Of a stretch of DNA of 43,723 nucleotides, positions 19,699 to 27,260 are shown piece after piece. The stretch lies in assembly GCA_029974275.1 (NCBI GenBank), contig JARKSN010000335.1, forward strand, positions 1-43,723. The letters are read 5' to 3'. The position numbers and the translations under genes were made by a program. The notes beneath the pieces are model-generated. The model ran no database searches, was not told the origin of the DNA, and was given only the letters and a program-made list of their open reading frames with translations. The first letter of the stretch is position 1, and the number at the start of each line of letters is the position of its first letter. The DNA comes from Candidatus Hydrogenedentota bacterium (lineage in GTDB: Bacteria > Hydrogenedentota > Hydrogenedentia > Hydrogenedentales > SLHB01).

Positions 19699-20070
19699 TC
19701 ACGAATCAAGCGCTCGTTGCCGCCACAGGTACGCCCACGAGGCGAATAATATGCCGATGAAAATGCAAATGTGGATATAGGCCGCCCACCCCAATTCCCG
19801 CGCGGCGGCCGCCCACGCGATCACGAACACGGATTCCAGATCGAACACGACAAACAGGATGGCTATCAGATAGAAATCGGCGGAGAACCGCACGCGGGCC
19901 GTGCCGGTCGAAACAATGCCGGATTCGTAGGGGTCGTTGTTCTTGCGCCCGGTCCGGCATTCGCCCAACAGATGAGACAACACGAGCATGCTCGCCACCA
20001 CGACAATCGCGAGCGCAAAATACACGCCCAGCGGCCAATAGACGATGATTGGGTCCGTTGGAGGATTCAC
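19699..20070 (-). CDS. nuoA: NADH-quinone oxidoreductase subunit A
   Basis: PYESGI, FYLIAILFVVFDLES, three hydrophobic segments; first gene of the nuo series. Confidence 0.94.
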   Translation of the reverse strand: MNPPTDPIIVYWPLGVYFALAIVVVASMLVLSHLLGECRTGRKNNDPYESGIVSTGTARVRFSADFYLIAILFVVFDLESVFVIAWAAAARELGWAAYIHICIFIGILFASWAYLWRQRALDS

Positions 20071-20202
20071 CCCGATCTCCTTGTCCGCGATCTTCGCCTT
20101 CCGGCGTGAGCGCGGGAATTCCGCCGGAACGCTTCGCGCCGCAGGGCCGATTCCGTTTTGCGCGATTCAGGAAATCCGGCCGCCCTGTCTGCGCGTTTGC
20201 GC

Positions 20203-20232
20203 ACTATGCCACAAGCCAAGCCTTTGTCTCAA
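20203..20232 (-). promoter_or_regulatory. Possible sigma70 promoter upstream of nuoA
   Basis: Minus strand TTGAGA, 18 bp, CATAGT with an extended TG; imperfect match. Confidence 0.3.
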
Positions 20233-20322
20233 CAGGCGGGCAGGGAAGCGACAGGGGCAACCGTCAGCGAAGGGCGCCTTGCCTCGGCATGCATGGCGCG
20301 CCCAGGACCGGTGACCGGCGGC

Positions 20323-20724
20323 TCATCCCTCGGTAAACGGAGAGGATTCCCGGCTCTTTTCAAAAGCCAGCATCCGGAGGGTTGCGCGCATGATCAGCAG
20401 GGAAGGCGCCGCCACGGCGACGTACAGGAGCAAGACAAAAACGGCCTTTCCGTACGAAGCGGGCGGGGTCAACAGATCCGACAGGTTGATCGAGGCCAAC
20501 CCCAACACGAAAAATTGAACAAACACGGCTGGGCGCACAGCGTCCAAGAAAGAGCCGGGCGCGTCGTTCTCCCGGCTTAACAGCAATTCGATGCATACCG
20601 CCAGCACCGCGAAAATGCACGCAAAAAACAGCCCTACCAGCAGCAGGCGCAACGACACCCCCCGATCGTATTGCAACCCTGCAATCGACACGACCGAAAT
20701 GCCGTAACAGAAGATGCGCCACAT
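20323..20724 (-). CDS. Hypothetical membrane protein (about 3-4 TM)
   Basis: Hydrophobic ORF starting MWRIFCYG, with GAGGAG upstream; fills the gap between nrdR and nuoA. No family recognised. Confidence 0.55.
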   Translation of the reverse strand: MWRIFCYGISVVSIAGLQYDRGVSLRLLLVGLFFACIFAVLAVCIELLLSRENDAPGSFLDAVRPAVFVQFFVLGLASINLSDLLTPPASYGKAVFVLLLYVAVAAPSLLIMRATLRMLAFEKSRESSPFTEG

Positions 20725-20883
20725 GGCGGACCGGAATTCTCCTCGCACGACGCCTTGCCCCCTGTGCATGCCCCCCCCTCCCAAGGTTCCGATCCGCGCG
20801 ATCCCGGACGTCCCGATACGAACCGGACCGCTCGGCCTCTCCGGCTTCCTTTCTCTGCCGCGCCCGTCTCGGAGCCAGACGGA

Positions 20884-21333
20884 TTACGTCAGCAGAGTCT
20901 TGAGCTCGGTCATGAACTCGTTGAGGTCTTTGAATTGGCGGTAAACCGACGCAAAACGCACATACGCGACCTCGTCGATTCGCTTCAGCCGTTCCATCAC
21001 GGAAAGGCCGATCGTGTCGGTCGAAACTTCATGGTCCGACGAGTTGAAGAGCGCGCGTTCCACTTCGTCGATCAGGGCGTCGACTTGCTCCAGGCTGACC
21101 GGGCGCTTCTCGCACGCCTTGAGAATGCCGCTCTTGATCTTCCACCGATCGAACGGCTCGCGGCGGCCGTCTTTTTTGATCACCATTTGGGCTACTTCCT
21201 CGATCCGCTCATACGTCGTGAAACGCCGCGCACACTTCAGGCATTCACGACGTCTGCGGATGCTGTCGCCCTCTTTCGAAGCGCGCGAATCGACGACCTT
21301 GGCGTCGGTGTGAGCACAAAATGGACAGCGCAT
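20884..21333 (-). CDS. nrdR: Transcriptional repressor NrdR
   Basis: MRCPFC...VVDSR...[18 protein letters not shown] zinc ribbon, [15 protein letters not shown] cone, [10 protein letters not shown]. Confidence 0.98.
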   Translation of the reverse strand: MRCPFCAHTDAKVVDSRASKEGDSIRRRRECLKCARRFTTYERIEEVAQMVIKKDGRREPFDRWKIKSGILKACEKRPVSLEQVDALIDEVERALFNSSDHEVSTDTIGLSVMERLKRIDEVAYVRFASVYRQFKDLNEFMTELKTLLT

Positions 21334-21394
21334 GGCAAACCTACACTCCCCTCGGTCGTTGGCGCCCTTCGCATGCGCCTGCTTTCCCCGAAAC

Positions 21395-21410
21395 CAACAA
21401 TATATAGTGC
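21395..21410. promoter_or_regulatory. NrdR box 1
   Basis: CAACAATATATAGTGC against the consensus acaCwAtATaTwGtgt; lies just downstream of the predicted nrdR -10. Confidence 0.85.
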
Positions 21411-21417
21411 TATCGTG

Positions 21418-21446
21418 ACTTTAGCAGACACAGGATATTGTGTCAA
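21418..21446 (-). promoter_or_regulatory. Sigma70 promoter of nrdR
   Basis: Minus strand TTGACA (21446-21441), 17 bp, TAAAGT (21423-21418) with an extended TG; the -35 includes the rsmD stop codon. Confidence 0.75.
21428..21443. promoter_or_regulatory. NrdR box 2
   Basis: ACACAGGATATTGTGT, starting 33 bp from box 1 and overlapping the nrdR -35 and spacer. Confidence 0.8.
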
Positions 21447-21988
21447 GAGAAAAAAGAAAGGGCGACGTTGCCATAACGGCACGTTCGGAAACACGTAAAA
21501 CCCGCCAGATCCGTCTCCACCGCGCACTGCGCCCCGTGCTCGAGAACGACAACGGCTTCCTCCGCCAACAAGGCGTTTTCTCGCAACAAAATCATGAATC
21601 CAACGAAATCCCGGAAAGCGTATGGCGGATCGGCAAAGGCTATGTCGAACGGCTCTTCGCGTCGCGCCACGGCCCGCAACCCTTCCGGGAGCGTCACGCG
21701 ATAGGTCTTGGCCCGGTCCGCCAAACGCGTGCGATCCAGGTTGGCATCGAGGATCTTGCTTACGGCCACATCTTCTTCCACGAAAGCGGCCCATGCGGCT
21801 CCCCGGCTCAGCGCTTCAATGCCGTTGGCTCCGGTTCCCGCAAACAAGTCCAAGAACCGACATCCGGGCAAACGGGGCATCAAGATGCTGAACAGCGACT
21901 CCCGAACCCGGTCCAACGTCGGGCGCACCTGTTGTCCTGGAGGCGTGTGAAGCGTCACCCCTCGAGCCTGGCCGGCTATGACGCGCAT
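21443..21988 (-). CDS. rsmD: 16S rRNA (guanine966-N2)-methyltransferase
   Basis: MRVIAG...RPTLDRVRESLF, LDLFAGTGANGIEALSRGA, FADPPY, YG near the C-terminus. Confidence 0.95.
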   Translation of the reverse strand: MRVIAGQARGVTLHTPPGQQVRPTLDRVRESLFSILMPRLPGCRFLDLFAGTGANGIEALSRGAAWAAFVEEDVAVSKILDANLDRTRLADRAKTYRVTLPEGLRAVARREEPFDIAFADPPYAFRDFVGFMILLRENALLAEEAVVVLEHGAQCAVETDLAGFTCFRTCRYGNVALSFFS

Positions 21989-22207
21989 ATCGTGTTTTCT
22001 CCTGTGGATATGTCAGGCGTAGTGTGCCATTCGCGGGCATGAAAAGTCATCCCGGTGGTCTCTTGCCGCCGTTGTTGTCAGGGATTGGGGAACGGCGTCG
22101 CGGATTTCAGGCGAAATATCGAGGTTTTTGCATGGATTTTTGTCCGCGTCGGCAGGCCGCGGACGGGCCTGCGCAGGCTTGTTTGCGTTTGCATGAAATG
22201 CCGGGAA

Positions 22208-22227
22208 TGTGGATAACCTGTGGAAAA
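22208..22227. promoter_or_regulatory. Tandem DnaA-box-like motifs
   Basis: TGTGGATAA (22208-22216) is the exact reverse complement of TTATCCACA; TGTGGAAAA (22219-22227) has one mismatch; a third, TGTGGATAT, lies at 22003-22011. Confidence 0.55.
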
Positions 22228-22519
22228 CCTGGCGCCGGTGCAGCGTTTCATGCGCGCCCTGTTGTCGGGAATGTTCCCCAGTCAGGGCAATCGCATGGCA
22301 TTTCGTTTTGCCCGAGCGTTCTCGTCCCCCTTTTCACGCTGGCTTTGTCGTTTCGTTCGTTCCTTTTTCTTCGTAAAGCCCGGTCTCTGTGTCGGGCGGG
22401 TTCATGCGCGGGGCACGGCGCGTTTCTTTGCGAAATCATGCAGACGCCACGAAAGGGGGCCGCGTTTGCGGGCTTTTTTCGAGGGGGTTGTTTCGTTTGT
22501 GGTTGAAGATTCTTAAGAC

Positions 22520-22571
22520 CGCCCGGCACGGAGACCGGGCGCTACAACGGCACACGGAGACCGGGCGCTAC
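22520..22571 (-). repeat. GTAG-type REP, one full plus one partial tandem copy
   Basis: Minus strand GTAG-CGCCCGG-TCTCCGTG-CCGGGCG (22545-22520), partial copy at 22553-22571; identical to 43674-43699. Confidence 0.8.
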
Positions 22572-22640
22572 AAGGAGATGGTGGCGTGGCAAACCTAGCA
22601 CGTGAGACCGCCCACGCAAAGGGCGTTCACCCCTTTCCGA

Positions 22641-22710
22641 TCTCCGCGTCCTCTGCGTCTCTGCGTTGAAAATGCCGACCCTAAACGCAGAGTCGCAGAG
22701 AACGCGGAGA
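22641..22710. repeat. Periodic inverted-repeat element upstream of rpsA (same family as the nuo junction repeats)
   Basis: TCTCCGCGTCCTCTGCGTCTCTGCGTT (22641-22667) and AACGCAGAGTCGCAGAGAACGCGGAGA (22684-22710) pair at 25/27; the left arm matches 17102-17128 at 25/27. Confidence 0.85.
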
Positions 22711-22815
22711 TACGCAGGGTGAAGACCGTGCTCGATCTGTTTCCCCTTGGGCGTGTCGCGACTCCGTTTTCCATCTTCCGGCGCGGCTTGGTGGCGATTG
22801 CCGGTGGTGGAGCAT

Positions 22816-22845
22816 TTGACTGAAAAAGGCGGTGCGTGATAGCAT
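22816..22845 (+). promoter_or_regulatory. Putative rpsA promoter
   Basis: TTGACT, 18 bp, TAGCAT with an extended TG. Confidence 0.5.
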
Positions 22846-22912
22846 AATCGGCCTGTCTCTGGAGGGACAGGCAGGCGGTTTACCCTTTTTGTTAGGAGGC
22901 CTAGGACACATC

Positions 22913-24775
22913 ATGACAGAAGCAACCGAACCAACCGGCGAAGTCGTTGAGCAGACGGCTTCACAACCTGCGGCCGATGCCGCAATCCTTGTCGATGATC
23001 CGGAGTTGTCGATGGAGGAGATGGGGACCCTGTATGACGAGACCCTTCAGAGTTTCAAGGAGGGGGAGGTCGTCCGGGGGCGCGTGGTCGAGATCAATCC
23101 CGACTGCGTGCTCGTGGATATTGGGTACAAGAGCGAAGGCGTGGTCCCGCTTGACGAATTCGCCAGCCCCAATGACGTGAAAGTGGGCGATGTATTCGAC
23201 GTGTTCATCGAGGAGCCTGAAGACGACGAAGGGATGCCGGTCTTGTCGAAGATGAAGGCCGACAAGATCAAGAATTGGACGCATATCCAGCGCGTATATG
23301 AAGAGGATGGCGTCATCGAGGGCCGTATCGTGCGTCGCGTGAAGGGCGGTCTCAAGGTGGACATTGGCATAGATGCGTTCATGCCGGCCAGTCAGTTGAC
23401 GTGGCGGCCGACGAGCGATCTGGACCGGTATTTGGGCCAGACGATGGAGTTGAAGATTATCAAGCTGACGAAGCGGCGCCGGAATGTCGTCGTGAGTCGC
23501 CGCAAGTTGCTTGAAGAGCAGCGCGCGGGCGAGAAGAGCAAGTTGTTGTCGACGATCGAGATTGGCCAGATCATCAGCGGCGAGGTCAAGAACATCACCG
23601 ATTTCGGCGCGTTCGTGGATGTGGGCGGCATCGATGGGTTGCTGCACGTGACGGACATGTCGTGGGGCCGCGTGAAGCATCCGTCGCAGGTGGTGTCGGT
23701 TGGCCAGCGCATTCAGGTGATGGTCCTCAATTTCGATCCGCACACCGAGCGCATCAGCCTTGGGTTGAAGCAGAAGAGCGAGAATCCCTGGAAGACCGCC
23801 GAGCAGCGGTATCCGGTGGGCGGCGTGGTGCGCGGGCGCGTGGTCAGCATGACGGATTACGGCGCGTTTGTGCAGCTTGAGGACGGCATCGAGGGCATGG
23901 TGCACGTGAGCGAGATGAGTTGGACGCGGCGCGTCCGTCACCCCAGCGAAGTGGTGTCGCTCGATGAGGAAGTGGACGTGATGGTGTTGAGCGTGGACCC
24001 GCACGCGGAGAAGATCGCGTTGGGTCTCAAGCAGACGCGTCCGAACCCGTGGCGCGAGTTGTCCAGCCGTTACCCGATTGGATCGAAGGTTGCCGGCACG
24101 ATTCGCAACATGACGGATTATGGCGCGTTTGTGGAGATCGAGGAAGGCATCGACGCGCTGTTGCATGTCAGCGATATTTCGTGGACCAAGAAGGTGGCGC
24201 ATCCTTCCGAGGTTTTCGAGAAGGGGCAGCAGGTCGAGGTCAAGGTGCTCAGCATCGATCCCGACAATGAGAAGATCAGCGTGGGTCTCAAGCAGCTTGA
24301 GAAGGATCCGTGGCAGGAGGTCGTCGAGGCGCACCCGGTCGACTCGCATGTCGAGGTCGAAATCGCCAAGTTGGTCAGTTTTGGCGCGTTCGCGCGGATG
24401 GACAACGGCATCGAAGGCCTGATCCACGTCAGCGAATTGTCGAAGGAGCGCGTGCAGAAGCCCGAGGAGGTGCTGTCGGTCGGGGATAAGGTGATGGCCA
24501 AGGTCATCAGCATTGACCCGAACGAGCGGAAGATTGGCCTGAGCCTGCGTGAGTATCAGCGCGACAAGGAAGAGGGCATTGAGGCGGGGTATCGCGTGAG
24601 CGGCGACGCCACGGTGAGCATCGGCGACGTGATCGGCAACGCCATACCGAAGTCGTTGTTGAATCAGGGGGATCCGACTGCGGCAGCCAATGAAATGATG
24701 GCGGAAATGGGCGAGGCCGCCAAGTCGGAAAGCGACGCTGTGGAGCCCTCGTCCGACGCGGACAAAGCGGAGTAA
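22913..24775 (+). CDS. rpsA: 30S ribosomal protein S1
   Basis: Six S1 repeats (VDIGYKSEG, NITDFGAFVDVGGIDGLLHVTDMSW, DYGAFV...IEGMVHVSEMSW and others); AGGAGG upstream of the ATG at 22913. Confidence 0.97.
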   Translation: MTEATEPTGEVVEQTASQPAADAAILVDDPELSMEEMGTLYDETLQSFKEGEVVRGRVVEINPDCVLVDIGYKSEGVVPLDEFASPNDVKVGDVFDVFIEEPEDDEGMPVLSKMKADKIKNWTHIQRVYEEDGVIEGRIVRRVKGGLKVDIGIDAFMPASQLTWRPTSDLDRYLGQTMELKIIKLTKRRRNVVVSRRKLLEEQRAGEKSKLLSTIEIGQIISGEVKNITDFGAFVDVGGIDGLLHVTDMSWGRVKHPSQVVSVGQRIQVMVLNFDPHTERISLGLKQKSENPWKTAEQRYPVGGVVRGRVVSMTDYGAFVQLEDGIEGMVHVSEMSWTRRVRHPSEVVSLDEEVDVMVLSVDPHAEKIALGLKQTRPNPWRELSSRYPIGSKVAGTIRNMTDYGAFVEIEEGIDALLHVSDISWTKKVAHPSEVFEKGQQVEVKVLSIDPDNEKISVGLKQLEKDPWQEVVEAHPVDSHVEVEIAKLVSFGAFARMDNGIEGLIHVSELSKERVQKPEEVLSVGDKVMAKVISIDPNERKIGLSLREYQRDKEEGIEAGYRVSGDATVSIGDVIGNAIPKSLLNQGDPTAAANEMMAEMGEAAKSESDAVEPSSDADKAE

Positions 24776-24798
24776 ACGTTTTCCGCGGTAGAGGTTGG

Positions 24799-24834
24799 AA
24801 CGGGCGTTGCCCCCAAGGGCAGCGCCCGTTTTTT
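24799..24834 (+). terminator. Rho-independent terminator after rpsA
   Basis: Stem AACGGGCGTTGCCC / GGGCAGCGCCCGTT (one G-U pair), loop CCAA, followed by T tracts. Confidence 0.88.
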
Positions 24835-24861
24835 CGTTTTTTTTGGGTTGCGCCGGCCCTC

Positions 24862-24890
24862 TTGCGCCGGTCTGGGGGGTCGACTACAAT
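24862..24890 (+). promoter_or_regulatory. Putative mutL promoter
   Basis: TTGCGC, 17 bp, TACAAT, 27 bp before the ATG at 24918. Confidence 0.55.
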
Positions 24891-24917
24891 ACGGGCGGAC
24901 AGGGTGTCGAATTCATC

Positions 24918-26783
24918 ATGAACGCCAATGCCATAGCCCCGGTGCGGGTGCTTCCCGAGGAGGTGGCAAATAAGATTGCCGCCGGCGAGGTTGTCGAACG
25001 TCCGGCCAGCGTCGTCAAGGAACTTATCGAGAATTCCCTTGACGCGGGGGCGACGCGCATAGAAGTGCGCCTGGTCGAAGCGGGGCGCCGGACCATCGAA
25101 GTTGTCGATAACGGTCATGGCATGTCGGAGCAGGATGCCCATTTGGCCATCGAGCGCCACGCCACCAGCAAAATCCGCCGGGCCGAGGATTTGGACAACA
25201 TCGTTACTCTCGGTTTCCGGGGCGAGGCGTTGGCGAGCATCGCGGCGGTTTCTCGTTTTGAATTGGTCACGCGGCGCGCGAAGGACGATGCCGCCGTGCG
25301 GCTGCGCGTCGAAGGCGGCGTGTTGCGCGATGTCACGAAGGTGGCCGGTCCGGTCGGCACGCGCATCGCGGTGAACCGTCTCTATTTCAATACGCCTGTT
25401 CGCGCGAAATTCCTGAAGGGCGTCACGTCGGAACTGAGCCAATGCATCGATGTCGTTCAGCGTCATGCGTTGGCGGCGTCGGGTGCGGCGTTCCGGTTGT
25501 TGCATAACGACAAGGAATTGTTGGATGTTCCGGCGAATGCGAGCTTGCGCGATCGGGTGGCGTTGATGTGGGGATTGAATTTCGCGAGCGAATTGACGGA
25601 CCTTGACGACGAAGCGGAGGGCTTTTGCGTGACGGGCCTCATCGGGACGCCCGGCCTTTCTCGTTCCACGCGTTCGCACCAATTTTTCTTTCTCAATGGG
25701 CGTCCCATTGTCAGCCGGACGCTGCAGTATGGTTTCGAAGACGGGTACCGGGAATTGTTGACCATCGGGCGCCGGCCGGTTGGCATTGTGTTGTTGGACA
25801 TTTCGCCGCGCATGGTGGACATCAATATTCATCCCGCTAAGCGCGAGGTGCGGTTTCGCGACGATCGCGCGGTGCGCGCGGCCCTGCAGGGGATGGTCCG
25901 GCGCCGGTTGGCTCAGCTTGACGATGCGCGGCGCGTGCAGCATCTCGATCTGCGCGTTCGCCCTGCGACAGGGCCGCATGCCGCGCATCCGACGGACGCC
26001 GGCGCGGAAGCAGAAGCGCGGGGACCGGTCGCGCCGGAAGAAGCGGTCCCGGTTGAGATCGCCGCCGCCAATCCCCGGAGCGCCTGCCAGGAACCGGTGC
26101 AGGAGGACCTCGTTGGCGACGAAGCGGAGCCGTTGGAGTGGGGCGAGACGGCCGAAGCGACGCCGCCATCCCTCGAGCCTCGCGCCGTGTACCGCGCCTT
26201 CGAGCGTCTTGAGGACGCGCCGCTCCAGATTTTTGACACGTACCTTCTTGTTCCCAGCGACGACCGCCTGCTTATCATTGATCAGCATGCGTTGCATGAG
26301 CGCCTGACCTATGATGCGCTCTGCGCCGATCTTCAGGAACACGAATACGAATCGCAGCAATTGGCCGTGCCGCTGCTGCTCGACATTCCCCCCTCCCACA
26401 CGAAATTGCTCGATGCGAACATCGGGCTTTTTCGCAGGCTGGGATTCGAGATCGAGCCTTTTGGCGGCACGACGTATCAAGTGACCGGCATCTGCCACCT
26501 CTACGAAGAATCGAAAGTCCCGGACAGCATCTATCGCGTGCTCGACGCGCTCGCGCAAGGCGATTTGTTTTCGCGGCAGGATTTCATGACGAACCTGTTG
26601 CGGCTGACCGTCGAGGCGTGCCGCGGTTCGGTCAAGGCGGGCGATCGCCTGGCTCCGCAGGAACGGCGCGGATTGCTCGACGGCTTCCGCCGCTTGCGCC
26701 CGCCGTACACCTGCCCGCACGGCAGGCCCATCGTGACCGAGTTGACCCTCGCGCAGATGGAAAAGAGTTTCCGGAGACGCTAG
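24918..26783 (+). CDS. mutL: DNA mismatch repair endonuclease MutL
   Basis: IAAGEVVERPASVVKELIENSLDAG, TLGFRGEALASI, and the endonuclease motifs DQHALHER, ACR and CPHGRP. Confidence 0.97.
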   Translation: MNANAIAPVRVLPEEVANKIAAGEVVERPASVVKELIENSLDAGATRIEVRLVEAGRRTIEVVDNGHGMSEQDAHLAIERHATSKIRRAEDLDNIVTLGFRGEALASIAAVSRFELVTRRAKDDAAVRLRVEGGVLRDVTKVAGPVGTRIAVNRLYFNTPVRAKFLKGVTSELSQCIDVVQRHALAASGAAFRLLHNDKELLDVPANASLRDRVALMWGLNFASELTDLDDEAEGFCVTGLIGTPGLSRSTRSHQFFFLNGRPIVSRTLQYGFEDGYRELLTIGRRPVGIVLLDISPRMVDINIHPAKREVRFRDDRAVRAALQGMVRRRLAQLDDARRVQHLDLRVRPATGPHAAHPTDAGAEAEARGPVAPEEAVPVEIAAANPRSACQEPVQEDLVGDEAEPLEWGETAEATPPSLEPRAVYRAFERLEDAPLQIFDTYLLVPSDDRLLIIDQHALHERLTYDALCADLQEHEYESQQLAVPLLLDIPPSHTKLLDANIGLFRRLGFEIEPFGGTTYQVTGICHLYEESKVPDSIYRVLDALAQGDLFSRQDFMTNLLRLTVEACRGSVKAGDRLAPQERRGLLDGFRRLRPPYTCPHGRPIVTELTLAQMEKSFRRR

Positions 26784-26895
26784 TGACCTGTCTTGTCTGT
26801 CCTTTCTTCACATCCTGAAAAGTTCGGGAGATCATGGATGCCACAGGTGGTTGACCTGGGCCTGTGTTTTCTGGAAACGCGCGAATAGGAGTGCG

Positions 26896-27000
26896 ATGAA
26901 TACTCATCTGTCGCCGTCTGACAAGGAGCTTTATCGAGCGGTTGACGAGGTTCTTCACTAATATGGGACCCGATCGAGGTGGCCAGAGAGCCGAGGGCGC
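26896..27000 (+). pseudogene. Frameshifted, truncated N-terminus of a small conserved hypothetical protein (WDPI motif)
   Basis: AGGAG RBS, then MNTHLSPSDKELYRAVDEVLH-stop. Restoring one base at about 26960 continues (Y)IWDPIEVAREPRA, which ends at the adjacent REP-like element. Confidence 0.55.
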
Positions 27001-27057
27001 AGTGTCCCGCCACTGAAGTGGTGGGCTACATTCAATTGTCCCTCCGGGACACTACGC
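26997..27057 (-). repeat. Second-class GTAG REP-like palindromic element
   Basis: Minus strand GTAG-CCCACCAC-TTCA-GTGGCGGG (27029-27006), a small hairpin GTCCCTCCGGGAC, and outer arms GCGCAGTGTCCC / GGGACACTACGC (11/12). Confidence 0.6.
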
Positions 27058-27108
27058 AAAATTGGGAGTGCGCAGGATCGCGAAACAGTTTGCATCGTGA
27101 ATGAATCA

Positions 27109-27213
27109 ATGAATTTGCAACTCAAGACACTAGCTATCATTTGGACAACGGTCCAGCAGGACTTGCCGCAGTTGCTCCCGCAACTCAAGGCTATTCTGAG
27201 CCTGGAGCAATGA
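27109..27213 (+). pseudogene. C-terminal remnant resembling a DUF86/HepT (HEPN) toxin
   Basis: LAIIWTTVQQDLPQLLPQLKAILSLEQ-stop resembles the terminal helices of DUF86 proteins (IvW..v..DLp.L...l..il); the catalytic R-X4-H region is absent. Confidence 0.5.
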
Positions 27214-27260
27214 TGGCCCCCGAGACGGCTCAACGTGTTACGGTCCTTGATGGGAGCGCG

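Noticed and set aside
22024..22598. Short ORFs in the rsmD-rpsA spacer
   Set aside because: No recognisable motifs or RBS, atypical composition, and they run through DnaA boxes and REPs.
21989..22912. oriC at the rsmD/rpsA divergence
   Set aside because: Only two or three boxes, no dnaA/dnaN nearby and no clear AT-rich unwinding element. By eye the plus strand is G/T-rich on both sides (hppA, rpsA, wecA-like), so no skew switch is evident; a computed cumulative GC skew would settle it.
22913..24775. Internal DNA repeats in rpsA (e.g. ATGACGGATTA...GGCGCGTTTGTG)
   Set aside because: Explained by the tandem S1 domains.
26280..26315. MutL motif DQHALHERLTYD ending in Asp rather than Glu
   Set aside because: A conservative change with DQHA, the first Glu, ACR and CPHGRP intact; not enough to claim altered function.
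24507..26720. 737-aa minus-strand ORF, and similar long shadow ORFs (22961-24427, 16822-18453, 6576-7790, 33363-34625)
   Set aside because: They are antisense to well-conserved genes, have no recognisable motifs, and are expected in GC-rich DNA.
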